From: an uncultured Bacillota bacterium
GTDB lineage: Bacteria > Bacillota > DTU025 > MWDF01
Assembly (NCBI GenBank): GCA_963823655.1
Contig: CAWGMK010000012.1
Coordinates: forward strand, 64,001-128,000
DNA length: 64,000 nucleotides
Direction of reading: 5' to 3'
Shown here in pieces: positions 42,339-54,019 of this stretch. Numbering within the stretch: the first letter of the stretch is position 1; each line of letters opens with the position of its first letter. Position numbers and translations under genes: made by a program. The notes beneath the pieces are model-generated. The model had not been told where the DNA came from. It did no database searches and saw only the letters and a list, made by a program, of their open reading frames with translations.

Positions 42339-43246
42339 CTAGGTCCGGCCCTGACGGCCGTCCTTTTCCCTTCTGTATCCCACGGGCCTTAGTATCCTTA
42401 TGTACGCCGTGGCCAGGGCAATCTGGAAGAAAAGAAGGAATAAGTAGAATAGCCCCGCCATGAAGATGTTTGAAAATCCCAGCATGATATTGATCGGATC
42501 CGTCCTCATCTTCTTTGCCATGTCGTCGACGACGACCATAGTGGAGAAAACCCCGGTATCATGGAGATCGCGGCCGAGAAGACCCAGGCCGCCGGATAAT
42601 AGATGGCATAAAGGGCCGCGATGCCGAACCAGTTGCGGCTTACGAGCCTGCGGCTGGTCTCAAGCGCGGGCCACAGTCCAAGCTTCGCGTCTACCAGCAA
42701 GTAGGGGGCGAGCGACCAGGCAACTGCGAAGTAAAGGCATAGGGGTATCGCCCACCAGTTTATCTTGCTGCCGAACTCCTTCATAAGCCCGCTGAAAATA
42801 ATGGGGGCCCAGATGGCTGCGGAAATTATGAGAAGGCCGGGCAAGTACCTCAGCGCCTCCATGAAGTCGCTTTTGGGATCCTCGCTCTTTGTTATGTAGC
42901 CCATCGCCACGATGGAGGGGAGCATCCCCAGGCACATGATGATTATCGTCCTCAGGTAGGAGCCGAAGAGCGCGTCCGCGGCCACGGAGGCCCTGCCGGC
43001 TTGGTCGTAGTACAAATAGAAGCTTATGCAAATGGCAAGAAGTCCGGGAATGGAGGAGAGCGCTATCGGTTTGAAGCGAGCCTTGAAAGTGACCCAGGCC
43101 TCCTCGAACCAGCCGAATATGTCCGTGGAGTAGCCGCTGACAATGACCTCCTCGAACTCGTTTTTCGGCGCTAATCTAACGTGCGCAAGCAGATTGACAT
43201 GCGCAACGTTCAGCTTGTCTTCGAGCTTCCTGATCGGACTGGGCAT
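42339..43246 (-). CDS. Polytopic membrane protein, frameshifted near 42550
   Basis: Multiple TM segments; LAPYLLVD...ALETSRRLV pattern. Confidence 0.6.
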
Positions 43247-43420
43247 TGTACTTCCCCCCGATTGCTAATTGCGGTGCGCCTTTAAAAAAGTCTCCGTAAA
43301 TAGATATTATTCAATGCCGGCCGGCGATTACCTGCTTTAACGCACGCGCAAATGGAGGCGGTAAAAAGAGAAGGGCGGGGCATCGCTGCCCCACCCATTT
43401 TGACCTGTATATGTGTCTGC

Positions 43421-45068
43421 TTACTTGCCCTGGTACTTGACCAGTTCGGGGTTGGTCTTCGGGTCGATCAATTCCTTCCACCATGTGGGCCACGCGGTCT
43501 GTCTCCAGTTCCTGGCAAGAAGCACATCGCTCAGCTCTAGCCAGTCATTGTACCAGCCGACCGAGGTGTTGTAGCAGAACTCGCCCAAGAATGCCACGGC
43601 AGCCTTTGGATCCGTTGCATACATCTTGGTGGCGACGTCCTGGAGCTCGGCCATCTGCTTGTAGACAAGGGCCATCTTGGGCTGCCTGAGGGCGTCTACG
43701 ACTTTGATGGCGTCAGCGTAGTTGAGGCCGATTATGGCCTGCACACCGGTGTTGATCCACCATCCGGAGTCGCGCCTGTACTCCTCATACCTTGAGCCGA
43801 TGGCATAGAGGTCGGGAAGCTTTGCCATCGCGGGGAACAGGGGGGTAAGGAAGCTGTGTCCGACTGAGCCGTAGCCGTACCATACGATGCCCCTGAACGG
43901 TGCGGGCAGCCATGACTTGACCTGGCTGATCTGCAGATAGGCGGTTGCGGGGATGCCTATCGGCCTTGGCGTTCCGCCGAGGTTGTAGTTGGTGAGCGGG
44001 TCGCCGTAGGGACCGGCGTGCGGGCCCTTGGTCAGGTCGTACTGCGTGCCTTCGTAATGGTCGCCGGAGATCTTCCATATGTCATGTACGGAGAGTTTGA
44101 AGTCGGGCTTTACGAAGTAAGGATACTCTGCCTGGTTATCGGGCAGTTTGAGAGACGGCGCTACGATGTCGTATACGCGCCACTCGCGCTTGTTGTGGGC
44201 ATTTGATGCGGTTGGCGTAGATCTCAGACGCCCTGAAGGGCTTGCCGGACTTAAGATCGTACCAGCCGTTGTCCACTGCGTAGGAGATGAAGTTGGGTGA
44301 GGTTATGATCTCATAGGTTACGCCGTTCTCGACGGGGTTCCTGGGGTCGATGTTGAAGCGGTGGCTATTGGCGCCCACCCATACCATGTCGTCCGGTACG
44401 CGGGTGGCTACCCATACCTTCGCTCCGAAGAACTCCATTGCCCATGTCTCTTTGCCGTCGGTGATGTCCATTATCTCGCCGCCGCCGCCGGTTACGTTCC
44501 AGCCGTACTCGTTGACGAGCTGGCCCATGATCATGACGGCTTCGCGGGATGTGGCGGCGCGCTCAAGCGCCAGGTCCTGGAGCATCCAGCAGTCGAGTAT
44601 GCCTTCGTCGGTGTCATACATCTTCTGCCTTACGGCCTTGCCGTAGTCGTTGGAGCTGCTGATGCCGGTTGTGCTTTCGCCCATGGCCACGCCCATCTCG
44701 TTTATGAACGAGTATCTGGAGTGGAAATAGGTGTAGGTCTTCTTGACCTGCGGGATTTCCGCAAGGACCATCGCGCGGCCGTTCCTGTTCTTGGTGTAGT
44801 CAACTACGGGCCACTTGGAGTAATCGATGTAGTCATGCCCGTCGATTACCACTGACCTTGTTGCCCCTTCGGGGAACTCGCCGCCTTTTAGAATCCAGAG
44901 CCTGAAGTCCGCGACGCCGGAGTCATCGTTGTGGGTGATGATCGCTGAGCCGTCTACGGTTGCCTTGTTGCCGACTGCGATGATGGTGCAAGCGTAGCTT
45001 ACCGTAGTAAGCGCGAGCAGCATCACGAGCACGGAGGCCAGGACGATTAGAGTTCTGCGGGTCCTCAT
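43421..45068 (-). CDS. Secreted C69-family (Ntn-hydrolase) dipeptidase, several indels
   Basis: Signal peptide then CTIIAVG..ATVDGS, INEMGVAMGEST, LERA..SREA. Confidence 0.82.
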
Positions 45069-45150
45069 GTTTTACACCTCACTTTATAAAATGGGCTGCT
45101 ATTTGGAAAGAGGAGGGACTTTTTTACATCGGTCGCCTCCTCCGGTTCCA

Positions 45151-46309
45151 CTAGTTCTCGAATACGCGAGCCGGGTCCACGGTCGACGGATCCGGTAAGT
45201 AGCTGCCTAGCCCGTTTGTCATTATGTCGGTGTAGCGGGGGTATGAGAAGCCTACCGTCTTGTCCGGGTAGAACTGGTTGAACATGTTGATAAGCTCCAG
45301 AGAAGAGGTCAGCAGGCGCCCGACCCTGTTGTCTATGGTCTGCGCGTTGTTGATGTCATAAGCTGTGTACAAAAGGCCCTTGTCGGCCGCCCTCTGCAGG
45401 AACTCGTCCTTGCCGTCTATCATCAGCTGTTCGGTAATCCTGCCGACCACGCGGTCGATGAAGGGCTCGGCCGTCTCGACGAGGACTGCCAGGGTGTCGC
45501 TGTAGTCGCCGATTTCGCGGTGGGTGAGGCCGTGCAGGTTCTTAGGTGATACCTCGTTTTTAAGAGGGATCTCCATCTGCGCATACATTGAAGCGAGGGT
45601 CGCCAGCTCCTCTGCGCGCTGGTGGGCGACGTATGTGTCGACGACCGGGTACATCAAGGACGCTTCATGGAAGTCGATGGTCAAGTCAACCTTCTCGTTT
45701 CTTATAAGCTCCAATGTCGCAAACGACATGCGCTCTGTGAGCGTGCCGTTCGCCCTTCCGGGGAAGGTGCGGTTGTAGTTTCTAAGGTCCTGGTAGGCCA
45801 GGTTCTGGCCCGACGGGTAGTGTACATAGGTGAACGGGTCCGGCCACTGGTCCAGATGCGCCGTCTCCCTGTCGCCGATTCTAAACACCTGCTGCCCCCA
45901 GCTTGTGGGGATGTGCAGGTACTGAGGGTAGGCGTTTCCGAGTATGCCCTGCGTCGAGGCGCTCATAGTCCGCCCTGGGCATGAGTATTATCCTGCCGGC
46001 CGTGATCTTAAGGTTTGCCATCATTACATAAACGGCAATCGAGCCAGCCGGCTCATAGGGGTGGGCGCCTCCGTAGATGAATACCGTGCCGCCGGGGTTG
46101 CCTGAGTCGAAGAAGTACACCGGAGTGTCCCCCAAAGTGCCCTTAAGGGTTGGGAGCCAGTCCGAAAGCATGCGTTTCTCTGTGAAGGCCTCTGATACTG
46201 TGACAATTTCCTTGTAGCCTCTAAGGTCGATGAACTCCGCGGATGCGAAGCCCGCAAGGACCAGGAACGCTACCAGGAATGCCAGCTTTCTGATGTTGGA
46301 GCTGCTCAT
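45151..46309 (-). CDS. Secreted or anchored succinylglutamate desuccinylase/aspartoacylase (M14-like) family protein, frameshifted near 45970
   Basis: GGAHPYEPAG (HxxE), RNYNRTFPG, IDFHEA. Confidence 0.8.
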
Positions 46310-46322
46310 GTTCCTGTCCTCC

Positions 46323-46496
46323 TTACCTGATGTGCAATGCGCGCAGCAGGAATGGTATTACGGCGTACGCATACACGATGTCATAGACGAGATTCGTGCG
46401 GGTGGTCCTCTTGAACAGGGCCCTTATGAGAAGAAGCCCGAAGAAGCCCGCCATCGCAAAGTAGATATAATGGATGATCTCCTGTAAAAACACCAT
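46323..46496 (-). CDS. Small 2-TM membrane protein
   Basis: AAGGAG RBS; two hydrophobic segments; inside the operon. Confidence 0.7.
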   Translation of the reverse strand: MVFLQEIIHYIYFAMAGFFGLLLIRALFKRTTRTNLVYDIVYAYAVIPFLLRALHIR

Positions 46497-46515
46497 ATGA
46501 CTCACTCCTTCGCTT

Positions 46516-47809
46516 CTATTTCACAAGGGGTACGAATGTCTTCGCGAATATCAGCATGCAAAGCGCGATTGCCGCCAGGAACAGCCAGGGCACCATGACA
46601 GCCTTAAGGAATTGCATGTAGGAGCCCTTGAAGCCGGTCTTCTCTATTGAGAGCCTTCCGACTATCCTGGAAGGCGGCAGGCAGTCGCCAAGCGGGAACA
46701 TGAGGCTCAAAGCCGCAGCTACCACTGTTACGTTGATGCCGACCGAGTTGAAGCGGAATATTATCGGCACGCCGATGATGACGGCGCTGCCGTAGGAGAG
46801 CGACCCCTGTGCCAGCGGGCAGAACAGGAGGGCCGTTATGTAGATCCAGAGTATGGGAAGGGTTACGAAGTTGATGGCGATGAGCCCTCTTACGCCGGTA
46901 AGCGCCATGATGTTCACCAGAACGCCGACGCTGACTAACGTTGCCACCAGCGGGAACACGGTCTCAATCGTCTTGGTCGTCACTTCCCACCAGCGCTTGA
47001 GGCTTCTTCTCTCCGGGTCGATGATCATAACGAGCACCGCGCAGAGAAGGAAGGTGAGGGGAAGGCCGATTACGGGCATCAGATGCGCGCCGTACTGGGC
47101 CATGAGGATCAAGAACAGCACAAGTGCAAATGGCAGGGTCAGCCTTATCCAGTTCATGCCCTTGGCAGTGGGAGGAAGGCCTGCCAGCACTTCGGCCTTT
47201 GGCCTGGCCTTGGTACCCCTGCCGAAGAAGAAGACCGCGAATATCGTGGTGAGCACTACGGGGATCAACAGTATCTTGTTGAAGCCTACGTAGGGCATGT
47301 TCGCGCCGGCTGCCATCAGCATCGCCCAGAGGTTGATCGGAGGGGCAGGCGGCTGAAAGTATGGCAGTAATGAAAACGAAGGCAGCGCGCCTTTCGGGAG
47401 GGAAGCCCATGAACTCCAAGACGGTGGCGACGAGGCCGCCGACTACGAGTATGGAGACGCTTCCGGCGCCCGTGAAGGCTCCTGGGATCAGCATTACGAA
47501 TGCCAGCAGGAACAGCATTATCCACTTATGCTGGTAGAACTTCTGGACGAGGTTTCTTACCAGCGCGTTTGTTGCGCCTATTTCCGAGTAGAAGTTCATG
47601 AAAAGGGACGCGGTGATGAACAGCAGAGCAAGGTCGAAATAGGTGAGGGTGCCCTCGATAAGCAGGCGGATGGGAACTCCGAATCCGGCGACTAATGCTC
47701 CGAATATCGCCGTAATGACCATCGATATTTCCGGCGATTTGAGCTTCCAGCTGCTAAGGGCGAAGACAGCGACCATTGCTACGAGCGTGTACGTGGTCTG
47801 AAGAGTCAT
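46516..47809 (-). CDS. TRAP large permease / IT-superfamily transporter, frameshifted near 47345
   Basis: Joined fragments give about 12 TM segments; IPGAFTGAG, PP(I)NL, LGDCLPPS. Confidence 0.75.
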
Positions 47810-47858
47810 GCACAATACCCCCAAAAATAGCGCCCCTGATTAAAAGGGGCGCTATTGG

Positions 47859-48472
47859 TTACTTGGAAAACATGGCTGCAATAATCCCCGGAAGGTCCGT
47901 AGTACGCCATGATCGAAATAGGTGAGCGGCACCTTATTCTTCTCAGCCAGCTTCTTGAACTTGCCGTCCGTGTCGCCGTCTTTCCTGATTATCATGTAGT
48001 CGGCGAACGGTGCGATTGCATCTATGCTCTGTTCATTTGCGCTTCCCGGAAGGCCTCTGTTGTCCTTGCCGTTTAGAAGCAGCGCCACGATCTTGATCTT
48101 CAGCTTCTTGGCCTCCGCCACCACTTTGTTGAGGCGCGCGATCTCATCCTCAATTGTTATGCCGGATGCCCCTAGGCCCTTGGCGCTGGAGCTAATCGCG
48201 AAAATTATGGTCTTGTACTTCGCAATGTCGGCCGGCTGCGGCTCGGCATTGTAGAAGTAGTTCGTCTCGTAGATGGTCACGGCCTTTGAGATGGGGTTGA
48301 AGTTTATGAACGTCCTCGTGCCCTTTCCGTCCGGGCCCTGTCCCGCGTTACTAAGTAGCATCGGGAACTCGAACTTCGGAGGAGTTGCGCCGGTGACTGC
48401 CGCCATCACAGGATTTGCCCCCATTAGCAGCATCATCCCGAGAAGAATCAGCAAGATTGAAATCCTCTTCAT
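47859..48472 (-). CDS. Secreted DUF6305-like protein (indel near the C-terminus)
   Basis: Signal peptide; AGQGPDG, SSAKGLGASGI....E..R, DGDTDGKF. Confidence 0.7.
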
Positions 48473-48827
48473 CTATATTCTCCTTTCAATTAGGTTAATA
48501 ACTACTGTTAATACGCACTGGCTGCCGCTATTGTTCGGCAGCATTAGCACACCATATCAATTATAGGTTATGGGTGGGAAGTCTAAAACAAAATTCGATT
48601 CTTGGTGCTCCGGGCGTTATGCATAAATGAATATCGATATATGGCGGTTTATATGGAGGTTTCCGGAGGGCTTGGAAGTGCCCTCCAAATAATTGGGAAA
48701 TTATGAATGTACTAATAAAAAACATATGCTTCTTGGAGGAGAAAAACGGGATTCTGTATGCAACCACAAAAAGCAGAATCTGCCCCCCTGGGAATTTGGT
48801 GTATGATATTTAATCGTAGGAGGGAAG

Positions 48828-50025
48828 ATGAATCCCACAGTCATTGCAATCGCATCCGTCCTGCTCCTTGCCGCAGGCCTCATAGAAAACTCGCGCCACA
48901 GGCGCCTGCTTTCGTCCATCCCGATAAGGGTGAATGTGAACGGCACGAGGGGAAAGTCCACGGTAACGAGGCTCATCGCGGCGGGGCTGTCTGCCGGCGG
49001 TATCAGGACCGCCGCCAAGACCACGGGCACAGCCCCCAGGCTCATGCTGCCGGACGGCACGGAGGAGCCCATAAAAAGAAGGGGCAAGGCGAGGATCTCG
49101 GAACACATCTGGGTAGTGAAGAGGGCGCACAAAGCGGGGGCGAAGGCGCTCGTCGCCGAATGCATGGCCCTTGAGCAGGAGAACCAGAGGGTATATGAGG
49201 GGATGCTTGTCCGCTCCACAATAGGCGTGATTACGAATATCAGGCCGGACCATCTGGACGTAATGGGGCCGGGGCTTGAGGATGTGGCCCGCACGCTGGC
49301 GCTGACCGTGCCAAAGGGCGGTTACATGGTGGCAACGGACGGCCCATATATAAACATCGTTGAGCAGGAGTGCCTGAAGAAGGGCACGAAGCTCGTGCTC
49401 GCGGACGCTAAAGACGTGAGCGCTGAGGAGCTTGCGCTCTTCGGCTACACTTCGTTTGCCGAGAATGTGGCGCTGGCTCTAAAGGTATGCGAGCTTGCGG
49501 GGGTCGACAGGGGCACGGCTTTGAGGGGCATGCAGGCGGCAAGGCCCGATCCAGGGGTTAGCCCCATTGTGGATCTGGAAGTTTCGGGCAGAAGGCTTCA
49601 CATCGTGAACGCATTCGCGGCCAATGACGTCGAATCCACCATTAAGATGTGGGACGACTTCGTAAAGCCCATGCTTGGCGATTACGCCATGTCATTCATA
49701 ATGGTGAACAACCGCGAGGACAGGCCGCAGAGGGTGGAGGAGATGTCAGTGATGGCAGCGTCCTTGCCCGTCGACCGCATATTCTATATAGGTAAGCTGC
49801 AGGCGCTGGCAAAAAGGCTTACGCCGAAGGGCGGACGCAGCAGCGACGGCATCTGCACAGGTGGAGCTGGTGAAATCGGGCAAGCCACAGGATATGCTTG
49901 ATGCGATCGCAAAGCATATGCCGGAAGGCGGGTCGGCCGTTGTGCTGCTGGCAGGAAACACCAAAGGGGCAGGGAGCCTGCTCACGGAATATATCAGCTC
50001 GATTTCGGGAGGTGGGCCCAGATGA
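48828..50025 (+). CDS. pgsB: Poly-gamma-glutamate synthetase (Mur-ligase family), indel near 49835
   Basis: RVNVNGTRGKSTVTRLI, KTTGT, ECMAL, ITNIRPDHLDVMGP, NAFAAND, NNREDRPQR. Confidence 0.92.
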
Positions 50026-50450
50026 TAGGCAGCTCTGTAACGCTAGGTGTGGTATTCAGCTTCCTTTTCGGGGAGCTGTCGGGGCTTCTGTCGGGCGGGC
50101 TTGTGGGGCCGGGCTATCTGGCCCTTTACCTCGACCAGCCGGTGAGGGTGCTGGCGACGCTTGCGATCGCGGGCGTGACTTACCTGCTAGTGAAGCTTGT
50201 TTCGAACTACGTAGTGCTGTTCGGCCGGCGCAGATTTATGGCGATGGTCCTGGGCGGCATGCTAATAGGCTGGCTTTTGGGCAGGGTGGTCTCATGGGTG
50301 CCGGAGATCGGGCAGGAATTCAGGGCGGTAGGTTACATCATACCGGGGCTTATAGCCAATGACTCGTACAAGCAGGGCTTTTTCAAGACGGCGGCTTCGA
50401 CTTTGCTGGTGGCGGGGCTGGTTCGCCTGGCCCTTCTGCTCATCTATTAG
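50022..50450 (+). CDS. pgsC: Poly-gamma-glutamate biosynthesis membrane protein
   Basis: GGLV.PGYLAL, LFGRRRF, VGYIIPGLIAN...QG. Confidence 0.92.
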   Translation: MIGSSVTLGVVFSFLFGELSGLLSGGLVGPGYLALYLDQPVRVLATLAIAGVTYLLVKLVSNYVVLFGRRRFMAMVLGGMLIGWLLGRVVSWVPEIGQEFRAVGYIIPGLIANDSYKQGFFKTAASTLLVAGLVRLALLLIY

Positions 50451-50459
50451 GCGGTACTC

Positions 50460-51556
50460 ATGCTACAAAGCAAGGGAATGAAAAGCATATGGCTGGTCGC
50501 GGCGCTGCTGGTGGTAGGGGCGTCCCTTTGGGCTACGCTTTCCACCGGGCACATGGAGAAGCACGGCAGGTATGAGGATATGCTAGCTGCTGCGAACAAG
50601 ATGATCGAGGCAACTGAAGCAGTAAAGGGCATGAGGCTGGGCCTGGGCATTGCGATTAGCAACGAGGACGATCCGAACTGCGACTGGGATAATCGGGCAG
50701 GAGCTCACCGATATTACGACAACGGTGGGCAATCTTCAATCCAAGAGGACGTCCACGAACCCGGACTTCGCGGCCCTTACGGTGAGATACTTCGACGAGC
50801 TGGGGCTAGTAGCAGGGGGATAAGGTCGCGGTGGGGGCTTCAGGCTCCTTCCCGGGGATAATACTGTCGGTGCTTTCGGCGTGCTATGTTACCGGCGTTG
50901 AGCCGATCATTATTCCTTCCATCGGCGCTTCCGAATACGGGGCAAATGTGCCGGGCGTCACATCGGTTGAGATGATAGACGGTCTGAGGGCGGCAGGGGT
51001 GTTCGACTATGTGCCTGCGGCCATTTCGCTTGGCGGGGCAGGGGACACGGGGGCGGGCGGGATAATCGCAGATGCAGAGCCCATATTAAGAGGCATCGCC
51101 GAGAGGTCGGGGCACAGGATAATCGAGCCCGTGGACGCTGTGGACAGCATAGGGCAGCGCCTGGCGATTTATGAAGCGATGGGGGAAATGAAGGCGTTTA
51201 TAAACATAGGGGGAGCGGAGCCCAACTTCGGCTCGACGTCGGCATCGCTCGAGTTTTCAAACGGCTTAGTGCTGAAGCCTCCGGTGAAGGTGAATTCCCC
51301 TGATATGGGGCTCATATATGAGTACAGCAACCGAGGGGTGCCGGTGATACACTTCCTTGACATAAAGGGCCTGGCGATAAAGAGCGGCATACCGGTGGAC
51401 CCGATACCGCTGCCGGAGCCGGGCACCAGTATGGTATATTACCAGAAGGAATACAGCAAGTTGCTGGCGGCGATCGGGCTCATAGCAGGGTTTGCGATGC
51501 TGGGGCTGCCGGTGTTGCTAAACAGGTGGAGGGCAATTGGCAAAAGGCAGGGTTGA
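50460..51556 (+). CDS. pgsW: Poly-gamma-glutamate system protein, with indels
   Basis: DPN.TG.IG, TTT.G....KRTS.NP.FA in the shifted frame; SGSFPG, SIGASEYGAN, FINIGG, GVPVIH. Confidence 0.8.
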
Positions 51557-52505
51557 GCTGACTAGGACGAGGAGGATGGTCCTTCTCGCCATGCTTCTGG
51601 CGCTGGGGGTGGGCCTTCACGCGCTTGAGGCGGTCATTCCCGTGCCCATAGCGCTGCCGGGCGCAAAGCTGGGTATCGCCAACATCGTCACGCTCGTCTG
51701 TCTTTATGCGCTAGGCCCCGTAAACGCGATCTTCCTCGCGGTGGCCAGGGTTCTTCTGGGAAGCCTTGTTACTGGCACATTCGGCTCGACGGCGTTCTTC
51801 ATGGCGATGTCGGGGGCGGTCGGCAGCGGGCTCATGATGGCGGCATTCAGGGCTGTCACAGGTAGGAAGGGCAAGCTGATAGCAGCCTGCTCCATGGTGG
51901 GGGCGGTCTCGCACAACGTGTTCCAGCTGGGGATGTTCATGCTGATATCGGGCACTTCCAAGGTGTTCGTCATGCTGCCTTATCTTCTGGCAGTCGCCCT
52001 TCCCACCGGTTACTTCACCGGCCTTGCCGGAGTCTACGCATTCCTTGCCATTAGGCGCATGCCCGGCTTCAAGCTGAAGGGCGAGGAGCTTTCGGCAGCT
52101 TACGGAAGGCGCTCGCTTATTGGCACTGCCGCCGTCATGGTGCTGCTGGGGCTTCTGGCATGGGGCGCCATAGTGCTGTCCGACAGGATGGCGCAGGCGA
52201 GAGTCGGGTCTGAGGGCGGCATGTATATTGAGATAAAGAAGTTCAGCCTGGGCTCCGAAAGAGGGGAGCCCGCAGCAAGTTACCCCTGGCCGCCCGTCCC
52301 CGGGCAGATAGCGGAAGGGCAGTTCAGCCTGGCCGGGAGAATTGGGGAATCCGTGCTTGAATATGACGAGGAGCTGGGGATACGTTTCATTTCATCGCCC
52401 TGCCCGGACAAGCTGTGCGTGAAGCACGGCTGGGTTAACGACGAGATGGACCTTGCGGCATGCCTTCCTAACGGCCTTGTGGTGACTGTTGAGGGCGGAA
52501 AGTAA
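51537..52505 (+). CDS. Gx-transporter (heptaprenyl diphosphate synthase component I-like) domain fused to a NusG domain II-like module
   Basis: LE..IP...PGAKLGIANI, GAVSHN..QL; C-terminal SPCPDKLCVKHGW...ACLPN. Confidence 0.8.
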   Translation: MAKGRVELTRTRRMVLLAMLLALGVGLHALEAVIPVPIALPGAKLGIANIVTLVCLYALGPVNAIFLAVARVLLGSLVTGTFGSTAFFMAMSGAVGSGLMMAAFRAVTGRKGKLIAACSMVGAVSHNVFQLGMFMLISGTSKVFVMLPYLLAVALPTGYFTGLAGVYAFLAIRRMPGFKLKGEELSAAYGRRSLIGTAAVMVLLGLLAWGAIVLSDRMAQARVGSEGGMYIEIKKFSLGSERGEPAASYPWPPVPGQIAEGQFSLAGRIGESVLEYDEELGIRFISSPCPDKLCVKHGWVNDEMDLAACLPNGLVVTVEGGK

Positions 52506-52637
52506 GTAATAAGTAAGAAGACATGGGAAATTGCTGGCAATAAGGATTGGAACAGGCCCGGACCTTGATGATGTCCGGGCCTGTATTATATGAATCAGTG
52601 ATGAAATGCGCTTATTGGGCTCCAAATCCGCCTCAGA

Positions 52638-52829
52638 TTAAGCATCAGTCTTTTCTTTGAATTCCTCAGGAACGTATTTGCCGCTCTTGTTTCGCTGGCG
52701 GACGCATTCGGTCAGCAGATACTCGATCTGCCCGTTGACTGAGCGAAAGTCAGCTTGAGCCCAGGCTTCGATCTGCTCGTACAGGCGGGCAGAAAGGCGC
52801 AAAGGAACCTGTTTCCTCCCGCCGTCCAT
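52638..52829 (-). CDS. Arc/ribbon-helix-helix DNA-binding protein
   Basis: [23 protein letters not shown]. Confidence 0.8.
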   Translation of the reverse strand: MDGGRKQVPLRLSARLYEQIEAWAQADFRSVNGQIEYLLTECVRQRNKSGKYVPEEFKEKTDA

Positions 52830-52830
52830 G

Positions 52831-53856
52831 TTAGTACAGGCTGCCGCTGTTCACAACGGGCTGGGCGTCCCTGTTGCCACACAGCACGACAAGCAAGTTG
52901 GACACCATGGCTGCCTTGCGCTCATCATCCAGTTCGACTATATGGTTTGCGCTGAGCTTCTGAAGGGCCAGCTCCACCATGCCGACCGCGCCGTCGACGA
53001 TCATCTTCCTTGCGTCGATTATCGCGCTTGCCTGCTGGCGCTGCAGCATAACGGCTGCAATCTCCTGCGCATATGCCAGGTAGGTTATCCGGGCTTCAAT
53101 TATCTCAAGGCCGGCATCTTGCACCTTGGAGTGTATCTCGGCCCTGATGCGCTCAGCCACCACGCCGCTTGAACCGCGCAGGCTGCCCTCGTCAGGCTGG
53201 CCGTCGCCGGTCGTGTCGACATTGGGGGCGATATCATAAGGATAGATGCGCACGATGTTGCGAAGGGCGCTGTCGCACTGCAGCGACAGGTACTCCTTAT
53301 AGTTGTCCACATTGAAGACGGCCTTAGCGGTATCTACCACACGCCACATGACGGCTATGCCGATATCCACGGGATTGCCCAGGGTATCGTTGACTTTCTG
53401 CCTTGCGTTGTTGAGGGTCATCACTTTCAGCGATATGCTCTTGCTGCCCATGGCTTCCATCGCTTCAGCGCCATTGGCCGCCGTCCGGACGTCTTTGCGC
53501 CCATGCCCGTTGTCTACATCCCCGCTTTGCCCAAGCCTGGTCTTCGCGGCGGGGTTTATAGCCGAGCTGAAGGGGTGCACGTAGAAGAAGCCAGAATCCT
53601 TGAGCGTGCCCAAATACTTGCCGAAGAGCGTTAGCACAAGGGCTTCATTAGGCCTTACGATTTTCAGCCCTATGAACGGGATGAATCCGATTGTGAGCCA
53701 AATGACGCCAAAAACCATGGCCAAAGTGCCGAAGCCATTGCCGGCCTCAAGCAGAACGCCGCCATATATGACCGAAGCAATCGCCAGTAAGTAGAGCACT
53801 ATTCCACCTATTAAAACAGGCATGCCCTGCCTGGCTTTGAGAACCTTTTCCTGCAT
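52831..53856 (-). CDS. SPFH/band-7 domain protein
   Basis: LFGKY.GT, KVND..GNP, YPYD, LAYA.EIA..ML.RQQA, NLLVVLC. Confidence 0.92.
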   Translation of the reverse strand: MQEKVLKARQGMPVLIGGIVLYLLAIASVIYGGVLLEAGNGFGTLAMVFGVIWLTIGFIPFIGLKIVRPNEALVLTLFGKYLGTLKDSGFFYVHPFSSAINPAAKTRLGQSGDVDNGHGRKDVRTAANGAEAMEAMGSKSISLKVMTLNNARQKVNDTLGNPVDIGIAVMWRVVDTAKAVFNVDNYKEYLSLQCDSALRNIVRIYPYDIAPNVDTTGDGQPDEGSLRGSSGVVAERIRAEIHSKVQDAGLEIIEARITYLAYAQEIAAVMLQRQQASAIIDARKMIVDGAVGMVELALQKLSANHIVELDDERKAAMVSNLLVVLCGNRDAQPVVNSGSLY

Positions 53857-53883
53857 ATCATCCTACCTCCCTATATCTTAGTA

Positions 53884-53902
53884 ATATCATAATGATATCA
53901 TA
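53884..53902. promoter_or_regulatory. Candidate RHH operator
   Basis: ATATCAT-A-ATGATAT dyad overlapping TGATATCA, upstream of the SPFH-RHH operon. Confidence 0.55.
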
Positions 53903-54019
53903 ATCGCGACGATACGGATTGTCAAATGGGGGTTAGAGGTTTATTTTGCGACATGGATATAAGAAGGCCCGGATCATCAAAATCCGGGCCTGAGCTTAGC
54001 CTATAGTGTCAAAGCTTCG

